Shown: positions 1 through 19,198 of the stretch, piece by piece | How positions within the stretch are numbered: the stretch's first letter is position 1 | How the letters are laid out: every line of letters starts with the position of its first letter | Notes under the pieces: model-generated | What the model was told of the DNA's origin: nothing | The model's input: the letters and a program-made list of their open reading frames with translations, nothing else | The model's database searches: none | NCBI GenBank assembly: GCA_965112735.1 | Contig: OZ218950.1 | Location: forward strand, 6,324,001-6,388,000 | Direction: 5' to 3' | DNA length: 64,000 nt | DNA from: Phaeosaccion multiseriatum | Lineage: Eukaryota > Protista > Ochrophyta, other classes | Made by a program: the position numbers and the translations under genes

Positions 1-1250
1 TTTGTGCTGATGAGGCTCTCGTAGGGAAGGCACTCGCGCTGCTGCCAGCATCGGTCAGGCTTTTGCGCTTCTCTGAGTATTTCAATCAGGCCGACGTATG
101 TCTTCCTGGCACAGTTATGGAAGTGGAGCTCGGCCGGGAATTTAACAAACACATCGATCTCCCCGCCTCTCTGAAGAAGATCAAGTTTCATGAGGAATCT
201 CACTTCAATCAGCACGTGGTCCTTCCTTGTGGTGTGGAGGAGGTGGAGATGGGGCTTTACTTTAATCTCCCCCTGGAGCTGCCTACATCTCTGAAGAAGA
301 TCAAATTCGGCTATCTCTTCAATCAGCACGTGGTCCTTCCTTGTGGTGTGGAAGAGGTGGAGATGGGGTGTGACTTTAACCGCCCTCTGGACTTCCCTGC
401 CTCTCTGAAGAAGATCAAATTCGGCTCTTGCTTCAATCAGCACGTGGTCCTTCCTTGTGGTGTGGAGGAGGTGGAGATGGGGCATGAGTTTAACCTCCCT
501 CTGGAGCTGCCTGCCTCTCTGAAGAGGATCAAATTCGGCTCTCACTTCAATCAGCTGTTGGTCCTTCCTTGTGGTGTGGAGGAGGTGCAGATGGAGGGTC
601 ACTTTAACCTCCGTCTGGACCTGCCTGCCTCTCTGAAGAAGATCAAATTTCATGAGGAATCGGAGTTCAATCAGCAGTTGGTCCTTCCTTGTGGTGTGGA
701 GGAGATGGAGATGGGGTATAGCTTTATTCTCCCTCTGGAACTGCCTGCCTCGCTGAAGAAGATCAGATTTTATGAGGCATCTCGTTTCAATCAGCAGTTG
801 GTCCTTCCTTGTGGTGTGGAGGAGGTGGAGATGGGGGATGACTTTAACCTCCCTCTGGAGCTGCCTGCTTCTCTGAAGAAGATCAGATTTGGCTATGACT
901 TCAATCAGCACGTGGTCCTTCCTTGCGGTGTGGAGGAGGTGGAGATGGGGGGTGACTTTAACCGCCCTCTGGACTTCCCTGCCTCTCTGAAGAAGATCAT
1001 ATTTGGCTATGACTTCAATCAGCACGTGGTCCTTCCTTGTGGTGTGGAGGAGATGGAGATGGGGTATCGCTTTAACCTCCCTCTGGAGCTGCCTGCTTCT
1101 CTGCGGACTCTGATACTGGGACCGCGTTACACCTGCCCTTTGGAGAGCCTGCCTGCTGGACTGAGGAAGCTTTGGGTTGGGACCGACTACCCGCTGCCTG
1201 CAGATCTACCCGAGGAGCTGGAGGTATTCCTGGGAGAAGAGTATTATTGA
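1..1250 (+). CDS. FNIP-type (LRR-like) repeat protein, copy 1; 5' end lies outside the window
   Basis: Open frame from base 3 to the stop at 1250. Eight 38-40 aa double repeats FNQxxVLPCGVEEVEMGxx-FNLPLELPASLKKIKF(Gxx/xxxSx). Paralogous to copies 2-4. No introns. Confidence 0.85.
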   Translation, partial: CADEALVGKALALLPASVRLLRFSEYFNQADVCLPGTVMEVELGREFNKHIDLPASLKKIKFHEESHFNQHVVLPCGVEEVEMGLYFNLPLELPTSLKKIKFGYLFNQHVVLPCGVEEVEMGCDFNRPLDFPASLKKIKFGSCFNQHVVLPCGVEEVEMGHEFNLPLELPASLKRIKFGSHFNQLLVLPCGVEEVQMEGHFNLRLDLPASLKKIKFHEESEFNQQLVLPCGVEEMEMGYSFILPLELPASLKKIRFYEASRFNQQLVLPCGVEEVEMGDDFNLPLELPASLKKIRFGYDFNQHVVLPCGVEEVEMGGDFNRPLDFPASLKKIIFGYDFNQHVVLPCGVEEMEMGYRFNLPLELPASLRTLILGPRYTCPLESLPAGLRKLWVGTDYPLPADLPEELEVFLGEEYY

Positions 1251-2516
1251 TTGATGATTGAGGGTTAGAGGGTCCGGATCTTAGCACTGCTGAGTGGGAG
1301 GTTCGCCTGCATTCTCTTCTCGCGTCGTGTGAGGCGGTGCCGATGGCAGCAGACGGAGGAGGACGACCACGAACGACGAGAGCAGGAGAGGAGCATGGTG
1401 GGTCGAGGGCAGAGCTTCGACCCCCTTCAGCGGAGGGGGCTCTCAGGGGCAGGAGAAGAAAGCCCAGCGCCAGCAGCACCGGCGACCCTCCCGACGCGCA
1501 GCCCCAGCCTCATCTTCAGCGGCGGCACTGCTTGGGTGAAGGGCAGGAGTCGCGACCTCGATGCCCGATCCCCGAGACTCCACCCTCCCGCTCCTCCTCC
1601 CTCTCCCGCTACGGTGCGTCTGCAGGGGCTTGGTACGTGCCCCCCGGGGGAGAGGGAGCATCTCCTCTGCCTGGTCCGGATGGAGACAAAGGTGAGCGAT
1701 CGTTTCATGTGGACATCGCGTCAACCCCCCCCCCCCCTCTCCTTGCGCTGTATGGGAAGGGGATGTGTGTTGCTCTCTCACTTCTCTTAAATTGACTTGC
1801 AGGCACGTACTCTCTGACCCCTCCTCTTTGTTCTGTCGCTCTCTCTCTGTCGCCCTCTTCCATCTCTTTCGTGTGCCTCTCGTTCTCCAACCCTCTGTTG
1901 CATTGCTCGAAATCTGCCTTTCTCCCCCTCCCCTGTTGCCCTCTCCTTCTCTCCCTCTCTCCTTCTCACTCGCGGTATCTCTCTCACACATAATTGTCCC
2001 TCTCTTTCCCTCTCTCTCTCTCCCTCTCTCCCTCTTCTCTCTGTCTCTTCTGCTGCTGCATCGCTTCATGTCTGATCTCTACTCACAGCTCGGGCCTACA
2101 TGTCTCTGAACGACCTCTCCTCCGCCAGCGCTCACCTCGCCAGGGCACTAGAGGTGGATTCTCACTGTCCAGGAGGTGCGTTGGTGGGGAGGGAGGATGG
2201 CAGTGGATGGGGGGGGGGGAGGAGGACGAAGTGGGCAAGCAGAGGAAGGACCATTCGCATTCACTCACAGCCTTAATTGGGCCTTGTTGATCTTTTGTGT
2301 CACCCCTTTCACCCCTTCCCTTCCCTCCCTCCAGCCTATGTGGACCTTGGTCAGTTGCGCATGCAGGAGGGCAAGGTGGAGGAGGCGCTTTGTCTGTACG
2401 AGAAGGGCGTGCTCCACTGGCGCTACTTGCACGAGCTGCACGATGCCATGACGTGTCTTGTGGCCAAGGAGCACCTCGCTGCCAAGGAGGAGCTGGGGAT
2501 GGGGGACGAGGAGTGA
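1251..2516 (+). pseudogene. Decayed spliced TPR-like gene in the spacer of the duplicated unit (other copies at about 4794-6210, partial 8962-9370, and 46245-47720 on the minus strand)
   Basis: Exon-like pieces: ...LCLVRMETK|gtgagc (about 1692); cacag|..RAYMSLNDLSSASAHLARALE|gt (about 2090-2153); ccag|..YVDLGQLRMQEGKVEEALCLYEKG..GDEE* (2335-2516), which has a TPR-like helix pattern. Frames differ between copies. Confidence 0.4.
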
Positions 2517-2944
2517 AGCAGGAGGGGAGGGGAGGAGAGAGGGCGGAGGGGAGAGGAGTAGCGTAGAGTAAGGATTCTTGGCAGCAGCACTGAGAGGAGC
2601 GTCAAGGAGGGGAGCGGCGCAGGGAAGCTCAGCAACAGCGGAGACGTGCAAGTACTCAGAGTAGGGAGAGGCAGAGGCAGCAATTACCCTATCAATGAAT
2701 CAAAGGCCCTCTTCAGCCCCCGAATCCGCTTGGCTTCCATCCATCTGTGACTGGATTGGCTGGATTCTACCCGAGGACCTTGCCCGCAGCTTGGCAGACG
2801 GAGCAGCAGCCAGCAGGGCAGCGAGAGACGCAAGAGAGAAGAGGAAGTAGTAGCAGTGGTGGCAGAGGACGGAGCAGGGCGGTCCCAAGGAGGGCCCCAG
2901 GACAGAAAGAAGAGATTCGCCGGGGGAAGGTCGAGGGGGGAGAA

Positions 2945-4793
2945 ATGAGGGGGGAGACGGGCGATGCTACGCCTGGGGCAGGGACAGCGGCTCTGAGGAC
3001 TGTGGCCAGCCTCATCTCCGACAAAGCTCTGTGGGGGGTGTGCAAGGAGGTCGATGAGGTCACCACCCGCACTCTGAGGATCAACGCCGAAATGCCCGAG
3101 CGTGTCCAGCAGCGCATGCTGAGTCTGCTGAAGCGGCAGCAGCAAGAGGAGGGGAGAAGCGCTGCTTTGGCTTGGTCTTCCGCAACTATGCGTACTGCCT
3201 CTGCTGCTCCATCTACTGGCTGTGAGGAAAGACGTCCTGCGGAGGGAGCGCGAAGATCGGGGAGGATTCGGGCGAGGCACGAAGCGCAGCAGCAGCAGGA
3301 GCGACGTGGGAAGAGGCAGCGCAATGAGGCTGGATGTCCTGGTGAGGGGGGCTTTTTTCGCGTGGTGTCTGTGGAGCTCGGCCTCAGCACGTACCTACAT
3401 TCTGAGTACGATGCCAAGGTTTGTGCTGATGAGGCTCTCGTAGGGAAGGCACTCGCGCTGCTGCCAGCATCGGTCAGGCTTGTGCGCTTCTCTGAGTGTT
3501 TCAATCAGGCCGACGTATGTCTTCCTGGCACAGTTGTGGAAGTGGAGCTTGGCCGGAAATTCAACAAACACATCGATCTCCCTGCCTCTCTGAAGAAGAT
3601 CAGATTTGGCTATGACTTCAATCAGCACGTGGTCCTTCCTTGTGGTGTGGAGGAGGTGGAGATGGGGTATAGCTTTAATCTCCCTCTGGAGCTGCCTGCC
3701 TCGCTGAAGAAGATCAGATTTGGCGAGAATTTCAATCAGCAGTTGGTCCTTCCTTGTGGTGTGGAGGAGGTGGTGATGGGGCGTGACTTTAACCTCCCTG
3801 TGGACCTGCCTGCCTCGCTGAAGAGGATCAGATTTGGCTATCACTTCAATCAGCAGTTGGTCCTTCCTTGTGGTGTGGAGGAGGTGCAGATGGGGAATGC
3901 CTTTAACCTCCCTCTGGAGCTGCCTGCCTCTCTGAAGAAGATCAAATTTTATGGGTACTCGAAGTTCAATCAGCAGTTGGTCCTTCCTTGTGGTGTGGAG
4001 GAGGTGGAGATGGGGTATCACTTTAACCTCCCTCTGGAGCTGCCTGCCTCTCTGAAGAAGATCAAGTTTGAATGGTTCTCGGAGTTCAATCAGCAGTTGG
4101 TCCTTCCTTGTGGTGTGGAGGAGGTGGAGATGGGGCGTTACTTTAACCTCCCTCTGGACTTGCCTACCTCGCTAAAGAAGATCAAGTTTTATGTGGAATC
4201 TCGCTTCAATCAGCAGTTGGTCCTTCCTTGTGGTGTGGAGGAGGTGGAGATGGGGCGTGAGTTTAACCTCCCTCTGGAGCTGCCTGCCTCTCTGAAGAAG
4301 ATCAAGTTTCATCGGTTCTCGCATTTCAACCAGCAGCTGGTCCTTCCTCCTGGTGTGGAGGAGGTGCAGATGGGGGGTGACTTTAACCTCCCTCTGGAGC
4401 TGCCTGCCTCTCTGAAGAAGATCAAGTTTCATCGGTTCTCGCATTTCAACCAGCAGCTGGTCCTTCCTCCTGGTGTGGAGGAGGTGCAGATGGGGTATGC
4501 GTTTAACCTCCCTCTGGAGCTGCCTACTGAAGAAGGTCAGATTTGGCGGGAAGTTCAATCAGCACATGGTCCTTCCTTGTGGTGTGGAGGAGGTGGAGAT
4601 GGGGTATGACTTTAATCACCCTCTGGACCTGCCTGCTTCTCTGCGGACTCTGATACTGGGACCGCGTTACACCTGCCCTATGGAGGGCCTGCCTGCTGGC
4701 CTGAGGGTGCTTTGGGATGGAATCGACAACCCGCTGCCTGCAGATCTACCCGAGGAGCTGGAGATATTCCTGGGAGAAGATGATTATTATTGA
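2945..4793 (+). pseudogene. F-box-like/FNIP repeat protein, copy 2; frameshifted near 4526
   Basis: ATG 2945 (MRGETG, conserved in copies 3 and 4). Nine double repeats. ctgcctgcctctctgaag is reduced to ctgcctactgaag (about 5 nt lost), so the last repeat and C-cap are in another frame (ORF 4473-4793). Confidence 0.75.
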
Positions 4794-6475
4794 TTGATGA
4801 TTGAGGGTTAGAGGGTCAGGATCTTAGCACTGCTGAGTGGGAGGTTCGCCTGCATTCTCTTCTCGCGTCGTGTGAGGCGGTGCCGATGGCAGCAGACGGA
4901 GGAGGAGGACCACGAACGACGAGAGCAGGAGAGGAGCATGGTGGGTCGAGGGCAGAGCTTCGACCCCCTTCAGCGGAGGGGCTCTCAGCGGCAGGAGAAG
5001 AAAGCCCAGCGCCAGCAGCACCGGCGACCCTCCCGACGCGCAGCCCCAGCCTCATCTTCAGCGGCGAGACTGCTTGGTTGAAGGGCAGGAGTCGCGACCT
5101 CGATGCCCGATACCCGAGACTCCACCCTCCCGCTCCTCCTCCCTGTCCCGCTACGGTGCGTCTGCAGGGGCTTGGTACATGCCCCCCGGGGGAGAGGGAG
5201 CCTCGCCTCTGCCTGGTCCGGATGGAGACAAAGGTGAGCGATCGTTTCATGCGGACATTGAGTCAACCCTCCTCCCATTCTCCTTGCGCTGTATGGGAAG
5301 GGGATGTGTGTTGCTCTCTCACTTCTCTCGAACTGACTTGCAGGCACGTACTCTCTGACCCCTCCTCTTTGTTCTGTCGCTCTCCTCTGGCTCCCTCTCT
5401 CTGCTCTCTCTCCATCTCTTTCCCCCTCTCTCTGTGTGCCTCTCTTTCTCTAACCCTCTGTTGCATTGCTCGAAACCTGCCTTTCTCCCCCTCCTGTCGC
5501 CCTCTCCTTCTCTCCCTCTCTCCTTCTCACTCGCGGCATCTCTCTCACACATAATTGTCCCTCTCTCTCCCTCTCTCCCTCCCTCCCTCTTTTCTGCTGC
5601 TGCATCGCTCCATGTCTGATCTCTACTCACAGCTCGGGCCTACATGTCTCTGAACGACCTCTCCTCCGCCAGCGCTCCCCTCGCCAGGGCACTAGAGGTG
5701 GATCCTCACTGTCCAGGAGGTGCGTTGGTGGGGAGGGAGGATGGCAGTGGATGGGGGGGGGGGGGGGAATGATGAAGGAGAAGGGAAGTGCCTTCGTGGG
5801 GTGTCAAGCGGGCAGGAGGTGGAGGCGGGGGCGGCGGCGGAGGAGGAGGAGGAGGAGAAGGAGGCGATGGGTTGTCAAGGATGAAGAGCAGAGGAAGGAC
5901 CACTCACAGCCTCACCCACTTCAGGCTCCTCTCCTGTTCCTAATTGCACGTTCGTCCGTCTGTTGTGCGCCTTCTTCGCCCCTCCCTCCCTACGTCCTTC
6001 GCTCCCCTCCCCCCCCTCCCTCCAGCCTATATGGACCTTGGTCAGTTGCGCATGCAGGAGGGCAAGGTGGAGGAGGCGCTTTGTCTGTACGAGAAGGGCG
6101 TGCTCCACTCGCGCTACTTGCACAAGCTGCACGATGCCATGACGTGTCTGCTTGTGGCCAAGGAGCACCTCGCTGCCAAGGAGGAGCTGGGGATAGGGGA
6201 CGAGGAGTGAAGCAGGAGGGGAGGGGAGGAGAGAGGGCGGAGGGGAGAGGAGTAGCGTAGAGTAAGGATTCTTGGCAGCAGCACTGAGAGGAGCGTCAAG
6301 GTGGGGAGCGCCGCAGGGAAGCTCAGCAACAGCGGAGACGTGCAAGTACTCAGAGTAGGGAGAGGCAGAGGCAGCAATTACCCTATCAATGAATCAAAGG
6401 CCCTCTTCAGCCGCGCTCTACCCGTACCCGCTTAGCTTCCATCCATCCGTGACTGGATTGGCTGGATTCTACCCG

Positions 6476-6733
6476 TCGGCTCCAGGCGACAGAAGCCGTA
6501 GCCCCCTCCAGGCTTCGGGCTTCTGGCCGCAGGCCAGCGCAGGCTTCTGGCCGCAGGCCAGTGGTCAGGCTTCAGGCTTCTCAGGCTGGGAGAAAAATGG
6601 GGGACTTGGCAGGCTTCTCGCTACTTTCTGCAGGCTTCTGGCCGCAGGCCAGCCGCAGGCTTCTTATTTTCGGCCGCAGGCCGCCGCAGGCTTCTGCTTT
6701 ATCGGGGGCCCGAGAAACCTCGCCTGGAGCCGA
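6476..6733. mobile_element. MITE (family A), 258 bp, perfect 14-bp TIRs, 6-bp TSD
   Basis: TCGGCTCCAGGCGA at 6476 and TCGCCTGGAGCCGA ending 6733. TACCCG is duplicated at 6470-6475 and 6734-6739. The paralogous empty site at about 2768-2773 has one TACCCG. Internal CAGGCT/GGCCGCAGGC repeats. Confidence 0.9.
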
Positions 6734-6751
6734 TACCCGAGGACCTTGCCC

Positions 6752-7308
6752 ACATCCGACCACGAATATGGGGACGGCCACAAATCACTTATGATTGATG
6801 TCACGCTCACAGATGCCACCAACATCACCAATCGGGCCAAGGCATCGAAGGAGGCACTCGCGGCAGCCAAGAAGGCTGAAGCAACCAAGCGGACCAGGTA
6901 TGGGGTGCCACAGGTAGGCATGGAAGGCCAGCGTGGGGATATCCACTATGACCCCACGAGGTACCACCTCGTCCCTTTCGCAATGGAACAGCAAGGCGCA
7001 TTTGGTCCTTCTGCTCAGACGTTTATGAAAACACTTGCCACCCCACATGGCTGGGGGGCACGAACATCTGGACATGAGGGCTTACGCGAGAGCTGTTTGC
7101 GTCATTCGGCGGCGATTAGCCGTAGCGCTCCAGCGGGCCCGACACGAACGATCGGTTCGACACAGGATCCTGGCTGGTATCAACTTTGTTCCAATGGGGA
7201 GAACTGATGAGTCAGAGGGACACGACCTCGAGGGCTAAGTTCCCCGGGGCGGTGAGACATTACTTTTAGACAACCATAGATGGCACTTAAGGGTGTAATA
7301 TATATCAT
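6752..7308 (+). mobile_element. 5'-truncated non-LTR retrotransposon with a restriction-like endonuclease C-terminus (CRE/R2-like), 9-bp TSD
   Basis: ACCTTGCCC is duplicated at 6743-6751 and 7309-7317, and is single at the empty site near 2777. Translation LMIDVTLTD...AAAKKAEATKRTRY...LVPFAMEQQGAFGPSA fits the RLE domain. AT-rich 3' tail (taatatatatcat). Confidence 0.8.
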
Positions 7309-7476
7309 ACCTTGCCCGCCGCTTGGCAGACGGAGCAGCAGCCAGCAGGGCAGCGAGAGACGCAAGAGAGAAGAGGAAGTAGTAGCAGTGGTGGCAGAGG
7401 ACGGAGCAGGGCGGTCCCAAGGAGGGCCCCAGGACAGAAAGAAGAGATTCGCCGGGGGAAGGTCGAGGGGGGAGAA

Positions 7477-8958
7477 ATGAGGGGGGAGACGGGCGATGCT
7501 ACGCCTGGGGCAGGGACAGCGGCTCTGAGGACTGTGGCCAGCCTCATCTCCGACAAAGCTCTGTGGGGGGTGTGCAAGGAGGTCGATGAGGTCACCACCC
7601 GCACTCTGAGGATCAACGCCGAAATGCCCGAGCGTGTCCAGCAACGCATGCTGAGTCTGCTGAAGCGGCAGCAGCAAGAGGAGGGGAGAAGCGCTGCTTT
7701 GGCTTCGTCTTCCGCGACTATGCGTACTGCCTCTGCTGCTCCATCTACTGGCTGTGAGGAAAGACGTACTGCGGAGGGAGCGCGAAGATCGGGGAGGATT
7801 CGGGCGAGGCAGGAAGCGCAGCAGCAGCAGGAGCGACGTGGGAAGAGGCAGCGCAATGAGGCTGGACCTCCTGGTGAGGGGGGCTTCTTTCGCGTGGTGT
7901 CTGTGGAGCTCGGCCTCAGCGCGTACGAAGATGACGACGCCAAGGTTTCTGCTGATGAGGCTCTCGTAGGGAAGGCACTCGCGCTGCTGCCAGCATCGGT
8001 CAGGCTTGTGCGCTTCTCTGAGTATTTCAATCAGGCCGACGTATGTCTTCCTGGCACAGTTATGGAAGTGGAGCTTGGCCGGAAATTCAACAAACACATC
8101 AATCTCCCCGCCTCGCTGAAGAAGATCAAGTTTGAAGTGGACTCGGAGTTCAATCAGCAGTTGGTCCTTCCTTGTGGTGTGGAGGAGGTGGAGATGGGGG
8201 GTGACTTTAACCTGCCTCTGGAGCTGCCTGCCTCTCTGAAGAAGATCAAATTCGGTGGGGCATTCAATCAAGAGTTGGTCCTTCCTTGTGGTGTGGAGGA
8301 GGTGGAGATGGGGGATGACTTTAACCTCCCTCTGGAGCTGCCTGCCTCTCTGAAGAAGATCAAATTCGGCTCTCGCTTCAATCAGCATGTGGTCCTTCCT
8401 TGTGGTGTGGAGGAGGTGGAGATGGGGGGGTATGACTTTAACCTCCCTCTGGAGCTGCCTGCCTCTCTGAAGAAGATCAAGTTTTCTGGGCACTCGAAGT
8501 TCAATCAGCAGTTGGTCCTTCCTTGTGGTGTGGAGGAGGTGCAGATGGGGTATGACTTTAACCTCCCTCTGGAGCTGCCTGCCTCTCTGAAGAAGATCAA
8601 GTTTTCTGGGCACTCGAAGTTCAATCAGCACGTGGTCCTTCCTTGTGGTGTGGAGGAGGTGGAGATGGGGTATCACTTTAACCTCCCTGTGGAGCTGCCT
8701 GCCTCTCTGAAGAAGGTCAGATTTGGCTGGAAGTTCAATCAGCACATGGTCCTTCCTTGTGGTGTGGAGGAGGTGCAGATGGGGTTTGACTTTAACCTCC
8801 CTCTGGACCTGCCTGCTTCTCTGCGGACTCTGAATCTGGGACGGAATTACACCTGCCCTTTGGAGAGCCTGCCTGCTGGCCTTAGGACGCTTTGGGTTGG
8901 GACCAACTACCCGCTGCCTGCAGATCTACCCGAGGGGCTGGAGGTGATTCGCTGGTAA
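7477..8958 (+). CDS. F-box-like/FNIP repeat protein, copy 3 (intact, six double repeats)
   Basis: ATG 7477. N-terminal LRTVASLISDKALWGVCKEV resembles a degenerate F-box. Intronless ORF ending EVIRW*. Confidence 0.85.
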   Translation: MRGETGDATPGAGTAALRTVASLISDKALWGVCKEVDEVTTRTLRINAEMPERVQQRMLSLLKRQQQEEGRSAALASSSATMRTASAAPSTGCEERRTAEGARRSGRIRARQEAQQQQERRGKRQRNEAGPPGEGGFFRVVSVELGLSAYEDDDAKVSADEALVGKALALLPASVRLVRFSEYFNQADVCLPGTVMEVELGRKFNKHINLPASLKKIKFEVDSEFNQQLVLPCGVEEVEMGGDFNLPLELPASLKKIKFGGAFNQELVLPCGVEEVEMGDDFNLPLELPASLKKIKFGSRFNQHVVLPCGVEEVEMGGYDFNLPLELPASLKKIKFSGHSKFNQQLVLPCGVEEVQMGYDFNLPLELPASLKKIKFSGHSKFNQHVVLPCGVEEVEMGYHFNLPVELPASLKKVRFGWKFNQHMVLPCGVEEVQMGFDFNLPLDLPASLRTLNLGRNYTCPLESLPAGLRTLWVGTNYPLPADLPEGLEVIRW

Positions 8959-10213
8959 GGGATGACGTTATTCAACAGAATTGGAGGGTTAGAGGGTCAG
9001 GATCTTAGCACTGCTGAGTGGGAGCTTCGCCTCCATTCTCTTCTCGAATCGGAGGAGGCGGTGCCGATGGCAGCAGATGGAGGAGGAGGACCACGAACGA
9101 CAAGAGCAGGAGAGGACCAATGTGGGTGGACGGCAGAGCTTCGACCACCCCCTTCAACGGAGGGGCTCTCAGCAGCAGCAGAAGACAGCCCAGCGCCAGC
9201 AGCACCGGCGACCCTCCCGACGCGCAGCCCCAGCCTCATCTTCAGCGGCGGCACTGCTTGGGTCAAGGGCAGGTGTCGCTGCCTTCACACCGGACTCCCG
9301 AGACTCTCCCCTCCCGTGCCTCCTCCCTCTCCCCGTACGCAGCGTCTGTAGGGGCTTGGTACGCGCCCCCCGGGGAAGCATCAGTACGGGACCACCCTCG
9401 CCCGACAAGCTCTCTTGTGTGCGCGCGCATGTATCGGCGGCGTTTGCCATTCGAAAGAGGAAGAGATGTGTGGTCGGGGTGTTGAAGAGAGGAAGAGAGC
9501 GAGCGAGAGCTGCATGTCAAAGGCTCTGGTACTTGCTGACACATGTTCGTGCGCAGCCAAACAAACACACCCTCGGCTGGGCAAAGCATTTTGTTTTGTG
9601 TGTGTGAGTAGGAGCTTCTAAACGGAACTCTGAAATACATTCAATCGTAAAATAAGTGAGATCTATGTCTGTCCCTACTTCTATCTGTCACTCTCTTCAG
9701 CTCCTTGGCACTGTGTGAGGAATGCTGAGGTATATGGGCACTCAGTACCCGGTGTCAGAGCCGCAAAAGCCGCCCCGGTCGACTCTAGACCAGCGGAGAG
9801 AGGGGAAGGGGGGGGGGGGGCGGGAGGAGAGGCGGAGGCTGAAACCCTCGAACCATCCCCAACCCACTCACTGAGCTGAATAGAAAAGCAGGGCACACCA
9901 CCACCAAAGCAGGCCAACTCCTCTCAGTAAGCAGAGCAGAAGGGAGAGTGGCACCGCCCACCACCACAAGAGAAGTACTCACCCCCCCCCCCCACTCCCC
10001 CTCCCTCTCCCACCCCCCCTCCCCTCAAGGTGGGTGGGTGCTTGCTTGCTATATTTCGCGCTACAAGGTATCACACGCACGTACAGTCATGTAGTGCAGT
10101 AAAAATGTGTATCGCCCGGCCGGGTGAGCTACCGATCCCACCGTCAGTCAGTCAGCAAATCCCTTAGCCAGGCCGACAGTCGTCTGGCTAGTCAGCCGCT
10201 TCGGTTTTGTCGG

Positions 10214-13247
<3,034 letters not shown>

Positions 13248-13388
13248 GGTGCAGTGTGTGGAAGGCAGGGGGGATTAATTATATGAGAAGATGAGAAGAG
13301 AAGGGATGAGGTGGAGAAATTTAGAAGTATATCGGCAAGAATGGCTCACTCCTACCATTTTTTTTTCCTGCCTGCAGAGGCGATTATC
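13248..13388. promoter_or_regulatory. Probable very short bidirectional promoter
   Basis: Only about 140 bp separate the divergent ATGs at 13247 (minus) and 13389 (plus). Confidence 0.4.
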
Positions 13389-18470
<5,082 letters not shown>

Positions 18471-19198
18471 AGCAGCAACCAGGAGCTGGAGTAAAGCAGC
18501 CGCAGCAGCAGCAGCACCAACAGCAACAGAGCTGAGGCGGGAAAGGGAAGGCAAGGCAAGGCAAGGCAAGAGACAGGAAGTAGAGAAGGAAGGAAGGAGG
18601 GGAGAAGGGGGGGGGGGCGGTGCCTATGGTTTTGCGGCGAAGTAACAACGGAGCAGAGGCAGCAGGCAGGAAGGAGGGACAGAGGGAAGGAGGAAGGAAG
18701 GACGGCGGAGGGAAGGAAGGAGGGATGGGAGGACTCAAGAAAGTACGGGGGGCACTCTCTGCCCTTTCGCTTGGGGATGGTGTGGGAGCAAGAGGAGGGT
18801 GGGGGGCGTGGTGCCCCTCATCACCAAAGGCTACAGCTGTCAAGGGATGGCACCCGAAGGAAGGGCCTGGTGTATCGGTTACGGTAGTGTATAAAAAACA
18901 GTGGGGCGAAGCAGCCGCTGACCTTGAAGCGGCTCAGACCAGCGGCGTTTTTTTCTGCCTTGGTTACCATGTAAAAATATGAAAGGACTTTAGACTTTGG
19001 AGCTTCCCCCATGACAAATATGACCATTTATCCCAAAGGATAGCGTATAGGATTGGTTCCACACTCAATGGCTGCAGGGAGGAGAGGGGGGAGGAGAGAG
19101 AGATACACATAGAGAAGAGGGTCACACAGACATACAGAGAGAGAGACAGAAAGAGAGCGAGGGGAGAGAGAGGGAGAGGACAGCAAGTCCATGTTCCC

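Noticed and set aside
63-4793. CRISPR-like repeat/spacer appearance of the 114-120-bp units
   Set aside because: Variable parts are only 6-15 nt, keep frame, and lie within protein-coding repeats. The context is eukaryotic and there are no cas genes.
6389-7207. 272-aa ORF as a host gene
   Set aside because: It is a chimeric read-through of spacer, MITE and retrotransposon fragment.
7180-8745. Long antisense ORFs over the FNIP genes (also 3395-4021 and 45031-46014)
   Set aside because: These are shadow frames of repetitive, GC-rich coding sequence.
1-8958. Diversity-generating retroelement as the source of FNIP variability
   Set aside because: No reverse transcriptase or template/variable repeat pair is visible, and substitutions are not clearly adenine-specific. 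The nearby retroelement fragment is only an RLE C-terminus with its own TSD.
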